In this document: positions 51,359 through 62,059 of the stretch, in pieces | How positions within the stretch are numbered: the first letter of the stretch is position 1 | Layout of the letters: every line of letters starts with the position of its first letter | Position numbers and translations under genes: made by a program | Assembly: GCA_965238005.1 (NCBI GenBank) | Contig: OZ250165.1 | Location: 1,632,001 to 1,696,000 of the forward strand | From: Longimicrobiales bacterium | GTDB lineage: Bacteria; Gemmatimonadota; Gemmatimonadetes; Longimicrobiales; Gaopeijiaceae | Direction: 5' to 3' | Length of the DNA stretch: 64,000 nucleotides | The notes under the pieces: model-generated | What the model was told of the DNA's origin: nothing | What the model saw: only the letters and a program-made list of their open reading frames with translations | Database searches by the model: none

Positions 51359-52253
51359 CTCTCTCTCCTCATCCCCATCCTCAAATCCGCCCGATGACCC
51401 CCATTTAGGATCCATACGCACCCTTTAGATATTGATACCCCCTGCGAGGCTACATCGGCGACTGAAAAGAATGTTCAGCGGATAATGTTCGGGAATTGGT
51501 GAGGCGGGCATATCAGCCCCACCTGCCGATGACCCCCAAAAGGGACTCCTATTCTATGGATGTTAGAAACTACCCTAGGCGAGGCTGGATGAGTGGTTGG
51601 GATTAATGTTCAGTGGATATTGTTTGGAGCTGTCCCGTTTCAGTGGACGGGTGAACACTGAGGTTTATAGTCTGTCCCCCTCGCTGGGGAGAGGAAAGCT
51701 TCCCCCGCGCAGCGGGGGAGTAAAGGGCAACTTGGCCACGCAGGTTTCTCATGCTGCCGCTCCGTGGCGACGCTCGAAGTTGATGGGCGACAGCTGACCC
51801 AGTGCCGAGTGTCGCCTCCGGGGGTTGTAGAAGCCCTCGATGAAGTCGAACACGGCCATCTTCGCCTCGGCCTGGGTCCGGAAGCGCTGCCGGTCGAGTA
51901 GCTCGCACTCGAGCGTCGCGAAGAAGCTCTCGCACATCGCGTTGTCGTAGGCGTCGCCCACGGAGCCCATCGAGGGCCGCACACCGACATCGTTGCAGCG
52001 TAGGCCGAAGGCGATCGAGGTGTACTGGGTTCCCTGATCACTGTGATGGATGACGCATTCGGGCCGGCGCTGCCAGGTCGCCATGTTCAGCGCGTCCAGG
52101 ACGAGCTCGGTGCGCAGGTGCGTAGCCATCGACCACCCGACCACCCGCCTGCTCCAGACGTCGAGCACAACCGCGAGGTACAAGAACCCCGCCCAGGTCG
52201 GGATGTAGGTGATGTCGGCCACCCACAACTGGTCTGGCCCGTCTGCGCTGAAG

Positions 52254-53629
52254 GGTCAAGTCCCGATTTGTGTGTAAAAGCGGAGGAAGCTCCTCGCCTT
52301 CGGCTAGGCTGCTTGGGCGACCTCCTGTTTCTGGAGGAGTGACAGGTCGAGGTAACGCCGGTCGCCCCAGACGTGTGTGGTCCTGAGTGCGACGGCCGTG
52401 ATGAGCCTGAGGGCGCTGGCCCGGTCCGGGAAGGCGCCGGCGGCCTTGATCCTGCGTTTGATCTCGCCGTGCAGCCGCTCGAGGCTGTTGGTGGTACGCA
52501 GCCGGGGCCAGTGCGCCTCGGGGAACGCGTAGAACTGCGTCGCTGCCCCGAAGCCCCGCTCCAGGACCTCCACGGCCTCGGGCAGCTCCTTCTTCCAGCG
52601 TGCGCCGAACTCGCCCAGGAGCTTCTTCGCCTCGGCGAGTCCGGATGTCTGGAAGATCACCGAGACCTCACGCGCCACGCGCTTGCGTAGGCGGTGGGGG
52701 ACCCTCGCCCCCACATTACGCTGCAGATGGACCGTACACCTCTGACGGCGTGCCTCGGGCAGGAAGCGGCGGACCGCAGCTGCCAGGCCTGCGTGCTCAT
52801 CGGCGATCACGAGCTCGACACCGCCGAGGCCGCGGTCCTGGAGTTGCTCGAGGAGCTCCGACCAGCTCTGCTGCGACTCCTCAGCGCCCAGCGTGACGGC
52901 CAGGAGCCGTCGGTGACCCTCAGGGCCCACTGCATACGCCACGAGCGCACTCACGTTCTCGACTTTGCGGGCCCAGCGGGCGTCCAAGAACGTGGCGTCC
53001 AGGTACAGATAGGGGTGAGGCCCCTCGATCGGCGCACGGCGCAGCCCTTCCACGGCCTCGTCGAGCCGTTTTGCCACACGACTCACCGTCGAGCGCCCAA
53101 CACGCTCGCCCATCAGCGCCTCGGTGACGTCGCCCATCTTGCGCTGTGACACGCCGCTCACATACGCCTCGACCATCATCTCGTCGAGCTCGGGGCTCCT
53201 GCGCTGGTAGCGGCCGATCACGTCGGCCGGCGAACCGTTGTCCCGGCTCCGGGGCATGGCGACCTCGATCTGCCCCAGGCTCGTCAGCAGCCGCCTCAGG
53301 TATGTGCCGTTCCTATGGTCCTTCCGGCTTCCCACCCGCTCGAAGCGGCGTGCACCTACCATGGCCTTCAGCTCCTCTTCCAGCACCATCTCGAGCGTCA
53401 GCCGGATCGCGCCTTGAAACAGCTCGCGCAAATCATCGCGTAGCTCGTCTTGCGTGGCCCGACCGATCTCCACAATCTCTTGCATCGGAAGCTCCTCTCC
53501 GGTTCCGAGCCTGCTCTGCAGACCCGGACTCCCGGGTTCATGTGACAGTGAACAACAACAGAGGAGCTTCCGTTTTTCTTTCCCTCCTGTCCAGCTTATC
53601 CGCTTTTACACAAATCTAGGGACACTACC
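52254..53629 (-). mobile_element. IS256-family element
   Basis: Imperfect IRs (GGT..GTCCC..TGTGTAAAAGCGGA); 8-bp duplication CGCTGAAG. Confidence 0.92.
52304..53485 (-). CDS. IS256-family (Mutator) transposase
   Basis: RNGTY.R, YLDA, QRCTVH and RTTNSLER..EIKRR motifs. Confidence 0.95.
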   Translation of the reverse strand: MQEIVEIGRATQDELRDDLRELFQGAIRLTLEMVLEEELKAMVGARRFERVGSRKDHRNGTYLRRLLTSLGQIEVAMPRSRDNGSPADVIGRYQRRSPELDEMMVEAYVSGVSQRKMGDVTEALMGERVGRSTVSRVAKRLDEAVEGLRRAPIEGPHPYLYLDATFLDARWARKVENVSALVAYAVGPEGHRRLLAVTLGAEESQQSWSELLEQLQDRGLGGVELVIADEHAGLAAAVRRFLPEARRQRCTVHLQRNVGARVPHRLRKRVAREVSVIFQTSGLAEAKKLLGEFGARWKKELPEAVEVLERGFGAATQFYAFPEAHWPRLRTTNSLERLHGEIKRRIKAAGAFPDRASALRLITAVALRTTHVWGDRRYLDLSLLQKQEVAQAA

Positions 53630-53980
53630 CGCTGAAGTCCCGCTCGATGAGATCCGGCGCGGGACGGGCGTCCTCGTTGCGCCTGGTCGTCTTCGGGCCG
53701 CGCCGCCTCCGGCTAGCTCCCACAATCTCGGCCTGCTTCATGAGCCGGCCCACCCGCTTCTCACCGACCCGCTCGCCAGCTTCCTTGAGGTCCGCGTAGA
53801 TGCGGGGCCGGCCATAGACCCTTCGGTTCTCGCGCCAGACCGTCTCGATCCGCTCTGTGAGCTCCTCATCTCGCTTCGCCCGAGCCGAAGGCTCGCGATC
53901 CAACCAGGCGTAGTAGCCGCTGGGGGAGAGATCCAGCACACGGCACATCGCCCGCACAGGGAAGTCGGCCTGATTCGTCT

Positions 53981-54295
53981 TCATGAACTCGAACCCCGTT
54001 CCGGGATCGAGTTGCTCTCCCGAGCAAACCAGGCGGCGGCTTTTTTTAGAATCTCCTGCTCCATGCGCAGACGCTTGTTGTCACGCCGAAGCTGCCTGAG
54101 TTCCCCACGCTCCTCCGTCGTCAGCCCGTCACTGCGACGGCCTTCATCCAAGTCAGCTTGTTTGACCCAGTTCCGTATCGCCCCGTTTGAGGGCTCGAAC
54201 TCCCGGGCCAGCTCCTCCACGGAGCGGCCCGACCTGACCAACTCGACCATCTGCCGCCGAAACTCCGGCGGGTACGGCGCATGTGTTCTTGGCAT
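53981..54295 (-). CDS. IS3 OrfA
   Basis: Same as the other copies. Confidence 0.9.
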   Translation of the reverse strand: MPRTHAPYPPEFRRQMVELVRSGRSVEELAREFEPSNGAIRNWVKQADLDEGRRSDGLTTEERGELRQLRRDNKRLRMEQEILKKAAAWFARESNSIPERGSSS

Positions 54296-54464
54296 CGTGG
54301 ACTCCTCCTGTCTCCCTCACTACTGAGGTGTCCACCAAAGCGGGTCAACTCCAGTTTTGGAGATCCGGCAGAGGAATCAGGCTGAGAAGATTCATGCCGC
54401 TGAAGCATGAGGCCGTGAGTTCGACTCTAGTCGCTGTCAGCATCGGCAGCGGCGAGTACTCCTT

Positions 54465-54745
54465 CAGATCAGCAAGCCGATAACGGCCCTCTAAGCCACG
54501 AGAACGCTCTGGCCTACCTCGAAACCCGAAGAAGCCCGAAGACGCTTAGAACGTGTTTGCAAGCGTCTGACAGGGTTCTGCTTGCGCCTCCCGGCCCACT
54601 TTCAGATGTTGACCACGGCTGATCCCGGAGTGCGCCCGTGTCCGATCCAGTCGCCCGCCTGAACGCAGCCCTGGAGGGCCGCTACGCCATCGAGCGTGAG
54701 CTGGGCGAAGGCGGGATGGCGACGGTCTACGTGGCCGACGACCTG
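54465..54745 (+). repeat. Full kinase leader plus 5' stub (copy 10)
   Basis: VSDPVARLNAALEGRYAIERELGEGGMATVYVADDL from GTG 54638. Confidence 0.88.
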
Positions 54746-54855
54746 CTCCGTTGGGAGGCACGGTTGCATGGGCGCGGGCGTATGGCGTGTAGGACCACTC
54801 CTAGGAGGAAACTGAAGAGGACGGCTCACCCGCAAAGGAGTAGCCACCGAGCAGA

Positions 54856-54948
54856 ATGATCTACAACTTCACCGATGGCGTTCGAAAGGTGTTGGCCACG
54901 GCCCGTGAAGAAGCCATCCGCCGCCAACGTGACTACATAGGCGGCTGA
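54856..54948 (+). pseudogene. ClpC/Clp-N domain 5' stub
   Basis: MIYNFTDGVRKVLATAREEAIRRQRDYIG. Confidence 0.6.
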
Positions 54949-57465
54949 TAGGGATGAACCCGAGGACGACGTGCACCGGGGGCGCACGGGATAGCCGACT
55001 GCCCTGTGGATTACTCGGAGAACATGAAGCTGACCGAGAAGCTGGGGAATCTGGTGTGTCCGATATGAGGGGGTCCGCTCTATCCCTGCGGTCTGAGGAA
55101 TTCCTCAGCGAACGGCGGATAGTCCCTCAGCGACTCGAACCGGCGCCACGATACATACGGGTCGTGCCCTTTGGTGGGCCTATATCCAGTTTCACGCAAT
55201 AGCTCCATCGCTCGCTCCCGCTCGCCTAGAGCCGCCTCAATCCAAGCGCGAACAACGAGGTTGTTCGACCAACCGGTTACGCCGACCGCCCTGTAGGCTT
55301 GGTCACGCTGGCCCTGGCTTGCCAACACATACGCCAGCTCCAATGCAGCGTTGTTATGCTCGCTGCTTGGAAAAGGAACGGCCTTCAGTACGTCTTCCAG
55401 GATTGCCTGGGACTCGTCCCAACGTCCGGCTTGACTGAGCAACGTCGCATATACGTAGGACTGGCCGGGATCCTGTCTCCAATCGGAGGTCCTGCCTTCA
55501 AACCATTCCAGGGTATTGTCCGCCAAGTTTGAGGCTGCCGCCGGATCTCCGTGGACGCGAAGCTCCTCGAAAGCCCTACGCGGGATCCCGTTCACAAAGA
55601 GGTTGGTGGGGGAACGTTGGATTTCCTCTGGAATACGGGCGGCCAGTTCCTCGATGCGCCCCAACGCAGCCAAGGTACGGAACTCAACCATTTTCGTCCT
55701 ATATGATTCGGGGTGCAGCTGACGCATGCGGTCGAGGGCCTCGAGCTCCGCCTCGTAGTTGTCGATCTGGTGATAAGCCCGGGTCAGTCTAACCCAATAG
55801 CGAACCCGCTTGCGCAACCATCGGCCTTCAGGATCGGCCCGCGTCAAGAACTCGATTCCCTCTTCGGGGCGGTTGAGCTGGAGCGCAGCATATCCGGCCC
55901 ACAAGAGGAACTGAGAACCGGGAGCGATTTCCACAAACCGACGCATGGCCTCCAGAGCGCCCTGTACATTACGGAGGCCCTTGTGATCACGGCGATAAAA
56001 GGCCAGCTGATAATCCAGGAATAGACGCTCCAGATGGGCCAGTTGAGCACGCCGCCCATTGAGCGCCTGGCGTATGGAATCTCCCGAGTATCCGTATCCG
56101 AAGGCGGCCCAAAGCAACGCCATCGGGAAGTCGGGATCCAGGGCCGCCGCCCGCAGGAAATACGGAACCGCCTCCCCCGTTTTCAGATTCGAGTGGAGCT
56201 CGATTCCCTCGACAAACTCCGCATACGCTTCGAGCGTCGGCGGTTGGCTGGCATTGCGCATCCACTTGGCCAGCCGGGGATCGGTGAGGGTGGCCAGGGC
56301 GGTCATCACCCTGTTGCGTAGGCGCTCGAGGGCGGCAAGGGGAGCATCGACCGGCCCGCGTACCGAATCGATGGTCGCCAGCTCCTCACCCGTGGCGGCG
56401 TTGGTCACGTGTGCGAGGAAGTGCAGACTATCGTCCCGCAACTCGTAGCTGCCCCACACCACCGTCCCCGTCCGATTGGCCCGAGCGAGGGCCTGCAGGT
56501 CGACATGCTCCAGCGAAAAACTCGTGCCTGCACCCACGGGCTCGAGCGACAGCAGCCGCGTGCCGAGGCTGACGACGTCTACGAAGTAGGTATTGGTGAG
56601 GCCCGCCGTGATCAGGTCCGTGGCCATGCGCCCCAAAGCATCGAACGAAGGATCACCGGTTTCATTCTGGAAGATGTCCACCAGGACGCGGGTGGGATCG
56701 AGCGCCGGCGCGTCGCCTCGGCCATTGCTCATGACGCTTGCACCGACCGCCGCGATGGCACCCAGCACCACGATCGCAGCGGCCGCACGCACACGAGTGC
56801 GCCAGGAAGCGCGTGGTTGGGTCGTGATACTCGCGAGCGCCGCGTCGACCGGTTGTTTCGTGAGCGGAGCACTCGGTAGCACGGCTGCGTTCGCCTCCTC
56901 CCTAGCCCGCACCGATTCGATCAGTGCCGTCGTCTCCGGCGCCGGTTCCGCCTCGTAATCCTCGTGTAGCCGCTAAAGCTTGGCGAACGCCTCGTATTCC
57001 CGGATCGCCCCGGCGCGATCACCCAGGCGGTCCAGAAGGTCGATGACACGGCGCAACACGCCCTCGTCGTCGGGAGAAAACGCCAGGGCTCGCCGGCCCC
57101 ACTGCGTCGCCTGCGCCGTCCGTCCCTCGGCTAGGGCTTGCAGAGCGAGTGACCACGTGGCCTCCGCCGCCCGCTGCTCTAATCGCCGCCGCTCATCCTC
57201 CAACCAGCGCTCGAACTCGAGACACCCCGAGAGATGAAAGCCGTCCAACAGTGCGCCGCGATAGAGGGCTAGGAGTCTGCGCCGCAGAAGCACAGCTGAC
57301 TGAGCCGAATGGTCATCGAGCCGTCCGCGGCGAGGCGGATCCGGGTGATTGGGAGGTTGAGGACTTGTGTCTGCGACGGATCGGGAGAGCGGAATGGATG
57401 CGTTGGGGGGGCAAGAGAGCTACGAGAGCCCTCGCGCCGGCAGATGCGGGTGAACCCTCGTGCAG

Positions 57466-58788
57466 TCATGCCGCCTGAAGGGTGTGCAGCCGCTTCACAT
57501 TGAGTGCCAGGCACACGAGGGTCCACTCGGCCCGGACCTTCTCGAGGCCCCGGAAGCTGAATCGTCGAAAGCCCATCACTTCCTTGATCCAGCCGATGGG
57601 CGCCTCGGCCTGCGACTTTCGCCGTGCGTAGCGTCTGCGGCCATCTTCGCTCGCCAGCTTCTCCGCCATGCGGACTTTCGCCGGATATTCCTCCTTGTCA
57701 ACCGTGGGGGCGGCCTTGCCCTCCCGGGCCAGCGCCACATACCCGTCGATGTCTCGCTCTTCCAGTTCCTCGAGATCCCGCTCGTTGCAATAGCCCGTGT
57801 CCGCCAGCACCTGCGCCGGCGTCTCGCCGTACGCTTGCGCCACCGCGTCGACCATGGGCACCAGCTGGCCCTGGTCGCTCGCGTTGTCCGTCACCTCGGC
57901 CCCGACCACCAGCTGGTTCTCCCCCTCCACGACCGTCTGTGCGTTGTAGCACTGCTGGAACCCCTCCGAACTCGTCTTCATGATCCGGCTCTCAGGGTCC
58001 GTGAAGTTGCTCTGCGCCGCCTCGTCCGGCTCTCCGTACTCCCGCTTGTAGGGCCTGCCGCCCTTCGGGTTGCGCGTCTGCCCCGGCTTGCGGCCCCGTG
58101 CGTCGTCCGCCGCTCTCTGCTCGGCTTCCAGGCGCGCCTTCGCCTCCCGGATCGCCGCCAGCCGGTCCTCGCGCCGCTTGAGCTCCTCCGGCACCTCGTC
58201 TCCGCATGCTTCCTCGCCGTAGCGCTCGTCTTCCGCTTCGTCCACCGCCTCGGCCCTCTCCAACAGCCCCCGGATCTCCGCCTCCAGCCGAGGCTCCCCG
58301 GTCACCATCCGGCCGTAGCTCATCGCCTTGCGCTTGTTCGCGTTCGCCCGAACCTTCGTCCCGTCCACCGACACCCTGCCAAGCCCCGCCAGCCCCAAGG
58401 CCCGCGCGAGCATCACCACCTCCACAAACACCGCCCGGAAATCCCCGAGATGGCGCTTGCGGAACTCGCACAGCGTCCGGTGCTTCGGGAAGTTCTCCGC
58501 CGCCAGCATCCGAAACGCGACATCCTCCTCCAGCTTCCTCGCCATCTTCCGCGACGAGAAGGTGCCCGTCGCATACGCGTAGATCAGCACCTTGACCATC
58601 ATCCGAGGGTCGTACGGCGAGTTGCGCCGCCCGTCCCCCCGGTACCGCCCGTAGAACGCGCTCAGCTCCACCGCGTCCACCAGGTCGCTCACATGGTGCG
58701 CCAAATGACCCTCCGACACCCACTCCCGAAGATCCGGAGGCAGCAACAACATCTGCTCCGGATCGTACGGTCGAAATGTCGTTCCCAT
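57466..58788 (-). CDS. IS1182-family transposase
   Basis: Same protein as the other copies. Confidence 0.93.
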   Translation of the reverse strand: MGTTFRPYDPEQMLLLPPDLREWVSEGHLAHHVSDLVDAVELSAFYGRYRGDGRRNSPYDPRMMVKVLIYAYATGTFSSRKMARKLEEDVAFRMLAAENFPKHRTLCEFRKRHLGDFRAVFVEVVMLARALGLAGLGRVSVDGTKVRANANKRKAMSYGRMVTGEPRLEAEIRGLLERAEAVDEAEDERYGEEACGDEVPEELKRREDRLAAIREAKARLEAEQRAADDARGRKPGQTRNPKGGRPYKREYGEPDEAAQSNFTDPESRIMKTSSEGFQQCYNAQTVVEGENQLVVGAEVTDNASDQGQLVPMVDAVAQAYGETPAQVLADTGYCNERDLEELEERDIDGYVALAREGKAAPTVDKEEYPAKVRMAEKLASEDGRRRYARRKSQAEAPIGWIKEVMGFRRFSFRGLEKVRAEWTLVCLALNVKRLHTLQAA

Positions 58789-59034
58789 TCACCCCCCTCG
58801 GTGATCCGCAAGCCTTCCCAATGCCTTCGCTACCACCAAAGATAGCCGCCGCAGAAGCACAGCTGACTGAGCCGAATGGTCATCGAGCCGTCCGCGGCGA
58901 GGCGGATCCGGGTGATTGGGAGGTTGAGGACTTGTGTCTGCGACGGATCGGGAGAGCGGAATGGATGCGTTGGGGGGGGGCAAGAGAGCTACGAGAGCCC
59001 TCGCGCCGGCAGATGCGGGTGAACCCTCGTGCAG

Positions 59035-60357
59035 TCATGCCGCCTGAAGGGTGTGCAGCCGCTTCACATTGAGTGCCAGGCACACGAGGGTCCACTCGGC
59101 CCGGACCTTCTCGAGGCCCCGGAAGCTGAATCGTCGAAAGCCCATCACTTCCTTGATCCAGCCGATGGGCGCCTCGGCCTGCGACTTTCGCCGTGCGTAG
59201 CGTCTGCGGCCATCTTCGCTCGCCAGCTTCTCCGCCATGCGGACTTTCGCCGGATATTCCTCCTTGTCAACCGTGGGGGCGGCCTTGCCCTCCCGGGCCA
59301 GCGCCACATACCCGTCGATGTCTCGCTCTTCCAGTTCCTCGAGATCCCGCTCGTTGCAATAGCCCGTGTCCGCCAGCACCTGCGCCGGCGTCTCGCCGTA
59401 CGCTTGCGCCACCGCGTCGACCATGGGCACCAGCTGGCCCTGGTCGCTCGCGTTGTCCGTCACCTCGGCCCCGACCACCAGCTGGTTCTCCCCCTCCACG
59501 ACCGTCTGTGCGTTGTAGCACTGCTGGAACCCCTCCGAACTCGTCTTCATGATCCGGCTCTCAGGGTCCGTGAAGTTGCTCTGCGCCGCCTCGTCCGGCT
59601 CTCCGTACTCCCGCTTGTAGGGCCTGCCGCCCTTCGGGTTGCGCGTCTGCCCCGGCTTGCGGCCCCGTGCGTCGTCCGCCGCTCTCTGCTCGGCTTCCAG
59701 GCGCGCCTTCGCCTCCCGGATCGCCGCCAGCCGGTCCTCGCGCCGCTTGAGCTCCTCCGGCACCTCGTCTCCGCATGCTTCCTCGCCGTAGCGCTCGTCT
59801 TCCGCTTCGTCCACCGCCTCGGCCCTCTCCAACAGCCCCCGGATCTCCGCCTCCAGCCGAGGCTCCCCGGTCACCATCCGGCCGTAGCTCATCGCCTTGC
59901 GCTTGTTCGCGTTCGCCCGAACCTTCGTCCCGTCCACCGACACCCTGCCAAGCCCCGCCAGCCCCAAGGCCCGCGCGAGCATCACCACCTCCACAAACAC
60001 CGCCCGGAAATCCCCGAGATGGCGCTTGCGGAACTCGCACAGCGTCCGGTGCTTCGGGAAGTTCTCCGCCGCCAGCATCCGAAACGCGACATCCTCCTCC
60101 AGCTTCCTCGCCATCTTCCGCGACGAGAAGGTGCCCGTCGCATACGCGTAGATCAGCACCTTGACCATCATCCGAGGGTCGTACGGCGAGTTGCGCCGCC
60201 CGTCCCCCCGGTACCGCCCGTAGAACGCGCTCAGCTCCACCGCGTCCACCAGGTCGCTCACATGGTGCGCCAAATGACCCTCCGACACCCACTCCCGAAG
60301 ATCCGGAGGCAGCAACAACATCTGCTCCGGATCGTACGGTCGAAATGTCGTTCCCAT
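59035..60357 (-). CDS. IS1182-family transposase
   Basis: Same protein as the other copies. Confidence 0.93.
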   Translation of the reverse strand: MGTTFRPYDPEQMLLLPPDLREWVSEGHLAHHVSDLVDAVELSAFYGRYRGDGRRNSPYDPRMMVKVLIYAYATGTFSSRKMARKLEEDVAFRMLAAENFPKHRTLCEFRKRHLGDFRAVFVEVVMLARALGLAGLGRVSVDGTKVRANANKRKAMSYGRMVTGEPRLEAEIRGLLERAEAVDEAEDERYGEEACGDEVPEELKRREDRLAAIREAKARLEAEQRAADDARGRKPGQTRNPKGGRPYKREYGEPDEAAQSNFTDPESRIMKTSSEGFQQCYNAQTVVEGENQLVVGAEVTDNASDQGQLVPMVDAVAQAYGETPAQVLADTGYCNERDLEELEERDIDGYVALAREGKAAPTVDKEEYPAKVRMAEKLASEDGRRRYARRKSQAEAPIGWIKEVMGFRRFSFRGLEKVRAEWTLVCLALNVKRLHTLQAA

Positions 60358-61154
60358 TCACCCCCCTCGGTGATCCGCAAGCCTTCCCAATGCCTTCGCT
60401 ACCACCAAAGATAGCCGCCGCAGGGTTCTGCGGCGCAGACTCCTAGCGCCTCTTCCTCTTTTCCGCCGTCCAGCAGCAGCTCGAACGCCACGGCGTCGCA
60501 CCACACCATGGCTTCATCGAGCGCGATACGGTTGCCGCTGCCGGTCGCGAAGACGTCGTCCCCGAGATCACGTCGCAGCGATCGAAGGAGCTGGTTCAGG
60601 GCGTCGCGTGCGTGCCGCTCGTCCGACTCGGGCCAGAGGAGCGCGATCAGCGTATCACGCGAGTGTGGGCCGCTCGACTGCGAGATAGGTGAGGAGCGCG
60701 TTCCGCTTGACGTGTGCCAGCGCGATCGCCGAGTCAGAACCGGCATCCTTCCGGACCGCGAGTCCACCGAGCGTGAACAGTCGAATCATTCGTGGGCACC
60801 TCGAATCGGCTCGAGTGCGACACACGAGCCCGCGCACCTGAATAATGCGCTCCCGACAGTCTTTCCCCGTAGCCTACACCCTCGGTGGAAAGAATGCCCA
60901 CTCGGGAAGCAACCACGCAAGTAACGCGGGGCGGACGGGAGGGCGAGAGATGGTCACGAATCACCGGAGAATCACCGGGGAATCAGTAGTCTCGTTCATA
61001 TTGCCTTCCATGTCAGACGCGACCTCGGTCCAGATCGAGGTGCCTGGGCCCAATTCGATCACCGACCCGGGCACACCAAGGGTCGGAGGCGGCGAAACGG
61101 CCATCGTGGCTGAGCTCACCGACTTGTCGCGACACTCGAACGATGGAGGAACGC

Positions 61155-61905
61155 ATGAAGTCTAATCTCACGAAGGTATCGGTCGCCCTCTTGTCCGCGG
61201 CGTTCCTGCTCAGCTGTCAGGAGCAGGGATCGGAGCCGGTGGGGCCGGATGGTCTGGAGATTCAGGCCATGAAGGGAGGCAACGGAAAGGGAGGCAAGGG
61301 AAAGGGAGGCGGCGGTGGCACTACAGCGGCCAGGTTGGACCTAGCAGGCGGCATGCAGGCCCACGGCCCTTCCCGTGGGCGTGAAGGACACCGACACGAG
61401 GCTCACCGTCAACAACGGCGACTTCACGCACGACATCCAGATGAAGTTCATGAAGCCGGACTCAGCAGACTATCAAGTCGGCGATTGCACAGTGATTGCG
61501 GGGGACAACGGGAGCCGTGGCCTCCCCCTCGATAAAGGGGTCTACGGTAATCTCCTGGATGAGCTCACAGCGCCGGTGGACGGCGGGTTCTTCACAATGG
61601 AGTTCCTCAAGAGGAACCTGGGCTTGCCTTCCGGCGATCACCTGCTTCTCGTCGAACGAGACGGCACATTCGAAAGCGGCACACATGGGAACACCCGGAT
61701 CATGCTCGGCCCCACTGATGATGAGGTTGGGGTCGGGCCCGGCACCGTAACGGGCGGGCCCGACACGTTCGTGTTCACCGGCCCGGTCTGGGTGTGGGCA
61801 CACGGAGTGGGCGGCGGCGGCGGCAAAAGGAGCGACCGCATAATAGCCTGTGGGGGGGCCGGCGACAACACGGTGACGGCGACCATCGACCGGTCTCCAG
61901 CTTAA
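61155..61905 (+). pseudogene. Lipoprotein with Gly/Lys-rich linker, frameshift near 61360 (or sequencing error)
   Basis: GGAGG RBS; LLSC lipobox; frame switch joins ...GGMQA to TALPVGVKDTD... Confidence 0.6.
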
Positions 61906-61932
61906 TCAAGAAGATCGGGTTTCCAAACCCCG

Positions 61933-61961
61933 ACCAGAGCCTGGTCCGACCAGGCTCTGGT
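61933..61961. terminator. 13-bp perfect hairpin
   Basis: ACCAGAGCCTGGT-CCG-ACCAGGCTCTGGT after the gene end. Confidence 0.55.
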
Positions 61962-62059
61962 TGACAGAGGGGCGGTTGCTTCGTGGGGCGCCCCTTTTCA
62001 TCCTGGCCTCGGGCGTAGTGCCCCGAGCGCCCCAGCGCCGTTCGGGGCTTTCCGCCGAT

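Larger units (their letters stand above)
51749..53984 (-). pseudogene. IS3 OrfB split by IS256
   Basis: N-part 53638-53984 and C-part 51749-52253. Confidence 0.9.
51625..54353 (-). mobile_element. IS3-family copy 3, interrupted by IS256
   Basis: Both ends present; GTT target duplication at 51622-51624 and 54354-54356. Confidence 0.93.
57273..60442 (-). mobile_element. Tandem dimer of the IS1182-family element
   Basis: One CTAG pair (57269-57272, 60443-60446) around two units fused near 58850. Confidence 0.9.
55080..60789 (-). pseudogene. SARP/BTAD regulator fused to TM, TolB-N-like and TPR regions; disrupted
   Basis: MIRLFTLG.., SRDTLIALLWPE, LYRGALLDGF..EFERWL; frameshift ~60665, IS dimer, TAG at 56973; C-part ORF 55080-56912. 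Confidence 0.85.

Noticed and set aside
21500..54745. Classical integron with attC sites
   Set aside because: Some leaders start with TAAC, but I found no matching GTTRRRY ends, no intI, and the repeats include kinase coding sequence.
21500..54745. Diversity-generating retroelement TR/VR pairs
   Set aside because: No reverse transcriptase, and differences between copies are not adenine-specific.
30604..56975. Stop-codon reassignment or amber readthrough
   Set aside because: In-frame stops include TAA, occur only in decayed genes, and core genes such as gpsA and surE end normally in TAG.
25313..58980. Poly-C tract of 8/7/7/9 in the IS1182 3' region as phase variation
   Set aside because: Non-coding and equally explained by homopolymer sequencing error.
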